From positions 97,361 through 161,360 of the forward strand of contig CALWDW010000006.1 in NCBI GenBank assembly GCA_944376795.1: DNA of 64,000 nucleotides, written 5' to 3'. How positions within the stretch are numbered: the stretch's first letter is position 1; each line of letters opens with the position of its first letter. The notes beneath the pieces were generated by a model. The model saw only the letters and a program-made list of their open reading frames with translations, did no database searches and was not told the origin of the DNA. Below, in pieces: positions 1 through 7,027 of the stretch. The position numbers and the translations under genes were made by a program. The DNA is from an uncultured Christensenellaceae bacterium. GTDB lineage: Bacteria; Bacillota; Clostridia; Christensenellales; UMGS416.

Positions 1-316
1 CTTGCTCTGCAGGTATGGATGCAATCCTGTCATACACCGCTGCCATTCGCAGAATTCGGTCAGCCGCCGGGGAAACGCCGACCAAGTACATATCCCCATG
101 CCTTTGGCTCATGATCTTGTATCGGCCAAGCAACACGCCGATCCCCGCGCTGTCCATAAAGCTTACCTCTGGCATGTGCACATAAAGCGCCGTAATACGC
201 TTATCCATAAGCTGCTTGTCTATGGCCTCCCGGATGGACTCCGCCGCATGATGATCCAGCTCTCCTGCCAGATGCACCTGCAGCGCCGGGAGTTCCTTTT
301 TGATCTCAATGGTCAT
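1..316 (-). CDS. spoIIAA: Anti-sigma F factor antagonist SpoIIAA (STAS domain), 3' end runs off the window
   Basis: My minus-strand translation from ATG at 316 gives MTIEIKKELPALQVHLAGELDHHAAESIREAIDKQL...VSFMDSAGIGVLLGRYK...VGVSPAADRILRMAAVYD, the typical STAS/SpoIIAA layout including the DSAGIG phospho-serine motif. A GGGAGG RBS sits 7 nt upstream. The ORF is absent from the track because it has no stop inside the window. Confidence 0.8.
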   Translation of the reverse strand, partial: MTIEIKKELPALQVHLAGELDHHAAESIREAIDKQLMDKRITALYVHMPEVSFMDSAGIGVLLGRYKIMSQRHGDMYLVGVSPAADRILRMAAVYDRIASIPAEQ

Positions 317-346
317 GGATCCGCCTCCCTTTGGTGGTCATGATGG

Positions 347-390
347 ATTCGCCTCCGTGCCACTCTTCTCCTTCGGCGAAGAATGGCGAA
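347..390 (-). promoter_or_regulatory. Candidate spoIIA promoter: two tandem Spo0A-box-like motifs plus a sigma-H-like -35/-10
   Basis: On the minus strand TTCGCCA (390..384) and TTCGCCG (380..374) are 10 bp apart. They are the reverse complement of TGGCGAA/CGGCGAA and resemble the TGNCGAA 0A box. They are followed by GAAGGAGA (374..367) and GGCGAAT (353..347), which resemble the sigma-H RnAGGwWW / RnnGAAT elements, although the spacer is 13 nt rather than 11-12. This is motif matching by eye only. Confidence 0.3.
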
Positions 391-486
391 GGCGCACTAC
401 TTCCATCGAAGTATGGCCCTATATGCGTAGGATGTCCCATAGATCCATGGCTATACATGCATTTTTCACCCGAAGGAGATGACGCA

Positions 487-2841
487 ATGACTCCCGCAGC
501 CCCCCCGCTCCCCGCCAAGAGGCGCCTGCGCCGTTGGCTCTGCATCCTGGCCGGCACGGCAGGGCTTCTCCTATGCGCCCTGCTCACCGCCTTTCTCCTA
601 CTTCCTTCCCTGGCGGAGGTGGACAGCGGCAGCCTGGAAAACCTGGAACAAACACTGATCCTCTACGACAAAGACGGCCAAGCAGTAGCCGGCATCTGGG
701 ACAGCCAGAACCGCATCCGCGTCCCGTTGTCTGAGATTCCCCTCCATGTGCAGCAGGCCTTTATCGCCATCGAAGACGCCCGGTTCTATCAGCATCACGG
801 CGTTGACCTCCGCAGGATCCTCGGCGCTGTGGTGGCCGACGTCAAGGCGGGAAGCTATGTACAGGGCGCCAGCACCATCAGCCAGCAGATTATTAAGCTC
901 ACCCACCTAACCACCGCCAAAAAGCTCAGCCGCAAGCTCATGGAGGTGGTGCTGGCCTTTCAGCTGGAGCGAACCTATACCAAAGACCAGATCCTGGAGA
1001 TGTATCTTAACCTGGTTTACTTCGGCAACGGATGCTACGGCATTGAGGCGGCGGCCCAGTCCTACTTCGGCAAACCCGCCAGGGAACTGACGCTGGCCGA
1101 GGGAGCCCTCCTTGCCGGTGTGGTCAAGGGGCCCTCCCTCTACGCGCCGCATATCGACCTGGACCGCTCGCTGCAGCGGCGCAATGTGGTACTGCAGGCC
1201 ATGAAAACCAACGGCTTTATTGAGGAGGACGCCTACCAGCAGGCCTGCGAAGAACCCTGCCTCCTCCAATATTCCCAGCCCGTAAAGTATGTCCATAGCG
1301 ATTATGTGGACGTCGCCCTGCGGGAAGCCCAGGAGATCCTGGGCGTGGACTACGAAACGCTGCTGACCAATGGCTACCGCATTTATACCGGCATGGATAC
1401 GGCTCTGCAAACCCTTTGCGAGGAAGCCATGGAAGACGATTCGCTCTTCCCCGATGCCAGCGCGGACGGCACCCAGCCGGAAGCCGGCCTGGTTATACTG
1501 AACACGCAGGATGCTACGGCGGCCGCCCTGATCGGCGGCCGCAGCTACCAGCACGGGGACTTCCACCACGCGACCCAAAGCATGCGCTCACCGGGTTCGG
1601 CTATCAAGCCCGTACTGGTCTACGCTCCCGCCATGGAATCCTTTGACTATACCCCCGCCACAGCCATCCTGGACGCGGCCACAGATTTCTCCGGCTACCA
1701 GCCGCGAAATGCCTCCTACCAATTTCATGGCTGGGTCTCCCTGCGGGAATCTCTGGTCAACAGCTACAACATTCCCGCCGTCAAGGTTTTGCAGCAGATT
1801 GGCGTCTCCCAAGGGAAAGCCTATGCTGCATCGGTGGGCATCCCATTTGCGGAAGACGACAATCATTTGGCGCTGGCCTTAGGCGGGATGTCCCAGGGCG
1901 TTACCCTGCTCCAGCTCACGGGCTCTTACCTGCCCTTTGCTCGGGAAGGGTTCTATGACGCGTCCCACTGCATCACCCGTATCGAGGATCCCCACGGCCG
2001 GGTACTCTACCGCCGGGAAGATGGTTCCCAGCGGGTGCTCTCCCCGGAAACCGCCTATTTGATCACCGATATTCTCCAAGATACGGTGGCCTCCGGTACA
2101 GCACGCCGGCTGCAGCTGGAAAACGTCCCCTTGGCCGCCAAAACAGGCAGCGTATCTTACGAAAACCTGGGTATCCGGGATGCCTATCTGGTTGCTTACA
2201 ACCCGGATCTGGTCGCCGGGGTTTGGATGGGATTCGACCGCACCGACAGCCAGCACATGCTTGCCAGCCATGCCGGAGGCGGCTCCTATCCGGCGCTGCT
2301 GCTCCAACACATTCTCTCCCGGTACTACGAAGAAAAAACAGGTCCGGACTTTGTCCGGCCCTCCACCGTGGTTCAGGCCGACCTGGACCGTGTCGTCTAT
2401 GAATCCACCCAGACCTGCCAGCTGGCAACCCGCTATACGCCAGAGGACCAACGGTATACCGAACTCTTCCGCCGCAGCGACGTGCCCACCGTTGCAAGCC
2501 TCCGCTGCCAGCCCCCGCAGGCGCCTGCCAACTTCCGCGCATGGCTCAACTATGCCTGCCAGCCCGCGCTCCAGTTCACCGCCGAGCGCCGGGACGCGGC
2601 CTACATGCTCTACCGCGCAGCAAACGGCGGCCCCTATGAACAGGTGGCTATCTTCCAAGGGGTGGAGGGCACGGTTACTTGGTCGGACACTGCGGCCCCC
2701 AGCGGAACACTCTCCTACCGAGTCATCCCCTGCCTGCCTGAAGTGCTGGTTGGAGGCAAACCGCTGCAGGGACGGCCCAGCCTCGTGCTCCAGGTCCGGA
2801 TTCCCCGTCGGGCCTCCGGGCAAGAATCCCCTAGGAATTGA
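487..2841 (+). CDS. Class A penicillin-binding protein (PBP1A family transglycosylase/transpeptidase)
   Basis: ORF 331..2841. I place the start at ATG 487, after a GAAGGAG RBS and just before the TM helix WLCILAGTAGLLLCALL. GT51 motifs are present (EDARFYQHHGVD, GASTISQQ, RKLMEVVLAFQLE), as is the transpeptidase SxxK motif (SPGSAIKP). Confidence 0.9.
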   Translation: MTPAAPPLPAKRRLRRWLCILAGTAGLLLCALLTAFLLLPSLAEVDSGSLENLEQTLILYDKDGQAVAGIWDSQNRIRVPLSEIPLHVQQAFIAIEDARFYQHHGVDLRRILGAVVADVKAGSYVQGASTISQQIIKLTHLTTAKKLSRKLMEVVLAFQLERTYTKDQILEMYLNLVYFGNGCYGIEAAAQSYFGKPARELTLAEGALLAGVVKGPSLYAPHIDLDRSLQRRNVVLQAMKTNGFIEEDAYQQACEEPCLLQYSQPVKYVHSDYVDVALREAQEILGVDYETLLTNGYRIYTGMDTALQTLCEEAMEDDSLFPDASADGTQPEAGLVILNTQDATAAALIGGRSYQHGDFHHATQSMRSPGSAIKPVLVYAPAMESFDYTPATAILDAATDFSGYQPRNASYQFHGWVSLRESLVNSYNIPAVKVLQQIGVSQGKAYAASVGIPFAEDDNHLALALGGMSQGVTLLQLTGSYLPFAREGFYDASHCITRIEDPHGRVLYRREDGSQRVLSPETAYLITDILQDTVASGTARRLQLENVPLAAKTGSVSYENLGIRDAYLVAYNPDLVAGVWMGFDRTDSQHMLASHAGGGSYPALLLQHILSRYYEEKTGPDFVRPSTVVQADLDRVVYESTQTCQLATRYTPEDQRYTELFRRSDVPTVASLRCQPPQAPANFRAWLNYACQPALQFTAERRDAAYMLYRAANGGPYEQVAIFQGVEGTVTWSDTAAPSGTLSYRVIPCLPEVLVGGKPLQGRPSLVLQVRIPRRASGQESPRN

Positions 2842-2867
2842 CAAAAATAGGAGGAACGTGCTATAGT
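2838..2867 (+). promoter_or_regulatory. Sigma-A type promoter (TTGACA, 18 nt spacer, TGcTATAGT extended -10)
   Basis: TTGACA is at 2838..2843 and overlaps the PBP stop codon. TATAGT is at 2862..2867 and is preceded by TG at 2859..2860. The element lies 47 nt upstream of the ATG at 2914. Confidence 0.5.
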
Positions 2868-2913
2868 GGTTTGGCCGTGAAAAGCGGCGAACTTAAATGG
2901 GAGGGATGACCCA

Positions 2914-3735
2914 ATGCCCCTGGTTGATATGCACGCCCACATCTTCCCCGATGCCATTGCCGTCAAGGCGGCTGCCAGCACTGGGGCCTTCTATGATATC
3001 CCCATGTGCCACAACGGTACGGTGGCCCAGCTGCTGGAAATGCAGCAGGCGTATCACATGACCCATTTTGTCATTCATTCGGTAGCCACCAAGGCCTCCC
3101 AAGTGGAATCCATCAATGACTTCCTTGCCCGGGAGACCGCCCAGCATCCCCAGCTGTTCACCCCCTTTGCCGCCATGCATCCCGACTACACCCATATCGC
3201 GCAGGAGATTGACCGGGTTATAGCCATGGGCTTTCGCGGCATAAAACTGCACCCGGATATTCAGGGCTTTGCCGTGGACGACCCCCAGGCCTTCCGCATC
3301 TACGAGGCCATGGAGGGGCGGCTCCCGCTTCTGGTCCACACCGGAGATAACAGGCACTTCCTCTCCGATCCTGCACGGATGGCCCGTGTATTGGATCATT
3401 TCCCCCGCCTGACGGCTATCTGCGCTCATCTGGGCGGCTGGTCCCAGTGGGAGAAGGCGCAGCACGAGCTGGTGGGCCGCGAAAACGTCTATGTGGATAC
3501 CTCCAGTTCCCTCTATGCGCTGGATCCTCCGCGCGCCCGGGAGATGATTCGGGCCTTTGGCGTGGATCACGTATTCTTTGGCACCGATTACCCCATGTGG
3601 GACTGCGGGGAGGAGCTGCGCCGCATCGACGCTCTGGGCCTGGAACCCTGGGAGAAGGAAGCCATCCTCCACGGAAACGCCGAAAAGTTCCTTGGACTGG
3701 AAACCGATCCCCGTCCTGAGACCGGCCAGGATTAG
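2914..3735 (+). CDS. Amidohydrolase-family metal-dependent hydrolase (TIM barrel, amidohydrolase_2-like)
   Basis: The N-terminus MPLVDMHAHIFPD carries the HxH metal motif. Later histidine and aspartate motifs are present (LLVHTGD, ICAHLGGW, FGTDYPMWD). A GGGAGGG RBS precedes the start. Confidence 0.8.
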   Translation: MPLVDMHAHIFPDAIAVKAAASTGAFYDIPMCHNGTVAQLLEMQQAYHMTHFVIHSVATKASQVESINDFLARETAQHPQLFTPFAAMHPDYTHIAQEIDRVIAMGFRGIKLHPDIQGFAVDDPQAFRIYEAMEGRLPLLVHTGDNRHFLSDPARMARVLDHFPRLTAICAHLGGWSQWEKAQHELVGRENVYVDTSSSLYALDPPRAREMIRAFGVDHVFFGTDYPMWDCGEELRRIDALGLEPWEKEAILHGNAEKFLGLETDPRPETGQD

Positions 3736-3819
3736 CCAAAGGCCGCCGGGCCCGTTCTCCGGGGCCCTAGGCGCTCCCTCCGCCCGCCAACCTGCCGCCT
3801 GCCCAGAGGCACACAGTAT

Positions 3820-3871
3820 ACCGATCCGACAGGAAGAACACGGAAAGGCGCGGCGGATCGGTCCCCTTTTT
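3820..3871 (+). terminator. Rho-independent terminator
   Basis: Stem ACCGATCCG (3820..3828) pairs with CGGATCGGT (3854..3862), followed by CCCCTTTTT. Confidence 0.55.
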
Positions 3872-3934
3872 CGCATCCGTTTGCGCACGGTTTTTTGCGG
3901 GGAATCTTGGTTCCTGTTTGTTTTACGAAAGAAC

Positions 3935-3963
3935 TTGTCTGCTTTTGCTTTTTCGTATATACT
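3935..3963 (+). promoter_or_regulatory. Candidate sigma-A promoter (TTGTCT, 17 nt spacer, TATACT)
   Basis: TTGTCT is at 3935..3940 and TATACT at 3958..3963, about 20 nt upstream of the ATG at 3984. Confidence 0.4.
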
Positions 3964-3983
3964 AGAGCACAGAAAGGCAAAAC

Positions 3984-4988
3984 ATGAGGTATCGCACCAT
4001 GAATGTACAGACCTTCCAAAAGTACATGCAGGAGAGGGGCTTCCGTACAACGGAGAAGACCGCCTTTGGCATGGAGGGAGCCTATCCCGTGACCGTCACC
4101 TTCCTGGGGGCGCGCTCCTGGCAGGCCGTATTCCCTGTGGACATTCCCGATTGGAAGAGCTTCTACTGGGAGATCAAGGACAGCATGCGCGGACTTGGAT
4201 CCCTGACGTACGCCAGAAACCGCCTGACGCTGACCATGCCCATCAAGGACGAAGATTCCCAGGCCGTGTATCCCCAAGCCATAGCGCTGGTTCTTGGCCG
4301 CCTTCAGGCGCAGGGAATTCCCGCATTGGATCTTTGCCCCCTCTGCGGCCAGGGGCAATGCGACTGCGCCGCCTACCTGCGGGGCTGCTACCAGGGAACA
4401 CACCGGGCCTGCTTGGAAAAGCAGCTCAGCGAAACCACCGAAAAAGCGGAGCAAAACGCCATGTATGGCAACTACGTCACAGGCTTTGTAGGCGCGCTGC
4501 TAGGCATGGTAATCGGCGTAATCCCCTCCATCCTTACGATTCTCTCCATGGAGCGCATCTTTGCCCTCCTCTACGCCCTGATTCCGCTGTGTATTTACTA
4601 TGGCTACAAACTATGCAGGGGAAAGATGAACCGGGCTGCTTTGATCATTACCATCATCCTCTCCCTGGCAAGCGCCTATTTGATTGAAATCATCCTAGCC
4701 GGATATATCTTAATTTCCGAATTCTCCATGGCCCTTGGCGATGCCATACAGGCATTGCGGGTAGCCCTCTCCAGCGGCGACCTCTGGCTCGCCATGACCC
4801 AGGAGTCCCTGTCCTCCTTCCTCTTCATCGCCCTGGGCATCTTCATCGCGTGGCGTTCCATCAGCCAGACCTCCCGGACGGCGGTACTCTCCGCCCAGGC
4901 GGTGCTGGATACCTCCACGCCCTATGCCGGAGCTGATGCGGCACAGAACCCCGTCTCCCCAGAGGACACCGCGTCTCCCTTCATGTAA
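3984..4988 (+). CDS. Hypothetical protein: soluble N-terminal domain with a Cys cluster, then a polytopic membrane C-terminus
   Basis: A 334-aa ORF. The motif CPLCGQGQCDCAAYLRGC...HRAC is followed by about 5 hydrophobic helices. The alternative start ATG 3999 also has an RBS-like GAGGT. I do not recognise a family. Confidence 0.6.
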   Translation: MRYRTMNVQTFQKYMQERGFRTTEKTAFGMEGAYPVTVTFLGARSWQAVFPVDIPDWKSFYWEIKDSMRGLGSLTYARNRLTLTMPIKDEDSQAVYPQAIALVLGRLQAQGIPALDLCPLCGQGQCDCAAYLRGCYQGTHRACLEKQLSETTEKAEQNAMYGNYVTGFVGALLGMVIGVIPSILTILSMERIFALLYALIPLCIYYGYKLCRGKMNRAALIITIILSLASAYLIEIILAGYILISEFSMALGDAIQALRVALSSGDLWLAMTQESLSSFLFIALGIFIAWRSISQTSRTAVLSAQAVLDTSTPYAGADAAQNPVSPEDTASPFM

Positions 4989-5010
4989 ATTCATACTCCA
5001 GTATTTCAAT

Positions 5011-5058
5011 ACGCCGTCCCCTCTTCCGGAAACCCGGGAAGGAGACGGCGTATTTTTT
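5011..5058 (+). terminator. Rho-independent terminator
   Basis: ACGCCGTCCCCTCTTCC pairs imperfectly with GGAAGGAGACGGCGT and is followed by ATTTTTT. Confidence 0.6.
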
Positions 5059-5164
5059 AATATTTCTTCTCTTGAATAAGAACAATCCAAAACCGCACCC
5101 ACAGCAGAGGAAAGGCCATCCCCCATCTCCCGGAAACGTGGGCGCTTGCCGCTGGAGAACCGGC

Positions 5165-5869
5165 CTATTGACCGGCTTTCTCTCCCCGGCAAGCCGCTAT
5201 GAGCTTGGCCACCTTCTCCGGGGTAGCGTCATTGAGGCTGTCCATGGGACAGCGGGACGCCTTCTCGGCCAATTCCACGGCCTTATCCAGATGTCCGTCA
5301 TGCTGCTCCACCAATGCCAGATGGTACAGGATGTCCGATTGGTCTCCCCGCAGGGCATAGGCGCGCTCCAGCACCGGCCGCGCCTCATCCCAGCGGCCCA
5401 GCAGCAGGTAGTTCTGCCCCAGGTTATCCAGCACCACGGTATCCTCCTCATCGTAGGCCAGCGCCTCCTGGTTATAGGCGAGCCCCTTTTCCAGCTGCCC
5501 GTCCAGCACATACAGATATCCCAATGTCTGGTACACCCGGCTGGTGGGACCTTTGGCATGGATATCCTCCATAGCAGTGATGGCCTTATCCATCCTCCCT
5601 ACCTTGTAATAGGCCAGCGCCCGGTTGATGCGCACCTTGGTCTTGGTATTCCCATCCAACCGCTCCAAAGCCAGCGCCTGGTCAAACAGGTCGATGGCGC
5701 GCTGGTATTCCCCGCCCCGGAGCTGCAGCACGCCATAGGCCGCAATCACCTTAGGAAGGGTGGTTCCCTTCTCCAGGGCCTTCTCGTAATAGGGCAGCGC
5801 CTTCTCCAGCTTCCGCCGGCTGTGCAGATAATAGGCCCGCTTCCCGTAAAAATTGCCGATAAAACTCAT
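5165..5869 (-). CDS. Tetratricopeptide-repeat protein
   Basis: A 234-aa ORF with repeated TPR-like A/Y/L periodicity (ALPYYEKALEKG, AIDLFDQALALE, LAYNQEALAYDEED, ARPVLERAYAL). A GGAGGA RBS lies 7 nt upstream. Confidence 0.8.
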   Translation of the reverse strand: MSFIGNFYGKRAYYLHSRRKLEKALPYYEKALEKGTTLPKVIAAYGVLQLRGGEYQRAIDLFDQALALERLDGNTKTKVRINRALAYYKVGRMDKAITAMEDIHAKGPTSRVYQTLGYLYVLDGQLEKGLAYNQEALAYDEEDTVVLDNLGQNYLLLGRWDEARPVLERAYALRGDQSDILYHLALVEQHDGHLDKAVELAEKASRCPMDSLNDATPEKVAKLIAACRGEKAGQ

Positions 5870-5881
5870 GGCTCTCTCCTC

Positions 5882-7027
5882 CTAAATCTTTCGCAGAAGG
5901 CGGCTGCGCCGGTGCTCCAGTTCCGCCATGGTGTCCGAACGCCCCAGGCCCAGTTCCCGCAGCCGGCGCATGCAGGCCTCTGTCACCCGAAGGGCCTTGG
6001 CCGGATCCCGGTAAACATGCTCATAAACCTTGGCTGCCTCCACATAGGCAAAGGCGCCGCCTATGCCCCGGCGCACCATCTGCCGCCAAAGCTCCAGCGC
6101 GCCATCATAGTCCCCCGCCCGCTTCCGGATGAGAGACAGGCGGGTTATGGCCTCAGTATCCCGGGCGGCAATGGCCGTATAGCAGACGGAAGCCTTTTCC
6201 AGGTCGCCATTGCGTTCGAAAAGGATGCCGCAGCTGAGCGTATCCTCGCAATAGTCCAAACCCTCCGGATCCCGAAGCATGGCGCAGAGCTCTTCCAGCA
6301 TCAGGGGCATATGGATCACGTCCAGACGGTTATGCCGTATGACCTGCTCCATGGACGCCATGTCCCGGCTCTGCAGATAGTCAAAGTACATCGCGGGAAT
6401 CTGGCTCCCGGGAACGTCGTCCACCCGGGTGATGTCCAGCAATTCCTCCTCGATGCTGGTGAAGTTACACCGGGTCAGCCTGCGCCGGAGCAGGCGGCGG
6501 CAGGCATGCAGCAGATCCAGGTGCGGCATATCCTCCACCTTCAGCCTTTGCCGGTTCATGATGGCGCGGCTCTGCAGCAGCGGCAAGTCAAACGTCTTTC
6601 CATTAAAGGAGGCCAGCACCTTGTGGCGGGCGGCTGCGGCGCCCACGCGCTGCAGCATATCCGCCTCTCCATCGTAATCCTCCAGAAAAAACTGTTCCAT
6701 GACAAAGCAGTCGTCTTCATAGTATCCCAGCCCCACCAGAAAGGCCAGCACACCCGAACCGCCTGCCAGCCCTGTGGTTTCGGTATCCAGAAAGAGCACG
6801 TCGCGCATGGCCGTATCCTGGGCCAGCGGGGTCCGGCAAAGCACCGATACCTCCTCCATGGGCAGCCGGAGAGCGCGCCCCAAGGCCCGTCCCTCCTCCT
6901 TGTCCAGAGGATACTCCTGCCGGTAAACCCGGCAGACGGCCTCCTCCGGCTTGGAGGGCGGCGGAGACGGCTCCTGGCGCCGCATCTGTCCCAGTGCGTC
7001 CAATTTGGCCTTAAGATTGGCGATCAC
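5882..7027 (-). CDS. mrfB: RNase H-like (DnaQ-fold) exonuclease with C-terminal TPR-like region, YprB/MrfB-like
   Basis: The motif FLDTETTGL (exonuclease motif I DxE) is followed by NGKTFDLPLL and a helical repeat tail. The GTG start overlaps the upstream helicase stop by 17 nt. Pairing with a YprA-type helicase matches the B. subtilis yprA-yprB (mrfAB) arrangement. Confidence 0.7.
   Translation of the reverse strand: MIANLKAKLDALGQMRRQEPSPPPSKPEEAVCRVYRQEYPLDKEEGRALGRALRLPMEEVSVLCRTPLAQDTAMRDVLFLDTETTGLAGGSGVLAFLVGLGYYEDDCFVMEQFFLEDYDGEADMLQRVGAAAARHKVLASFNGKTFDLPLLQSRAIMNRQRLKVEDMPHLDLLHACRRLLRRRLTRCNFTSIEEELLDITRVDDVPGSQIPAMYFDYLQSRDMASMEQVIRHNRLDVIHMPLMLEELCAMLRDPEGLDYCEDTLSCGILFERNGDLEKASVCYTAIAARDTEAITRLSLIRKRAGDYDGALELWRQMVRRGIGGAFAYVEAAKVYEHVYRDPAKALRVTEACMRRLRELGLGRSDTMAELEHRRSRLLRKI

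Noticed and set aside
2-343. A 113-aa plus-strand ORF at the left edge
   Set aside because: The opposite strand encodes a clean SpoIIAA/STAS sequence with a good RBS. The plus-strand translation has no recognisable features.
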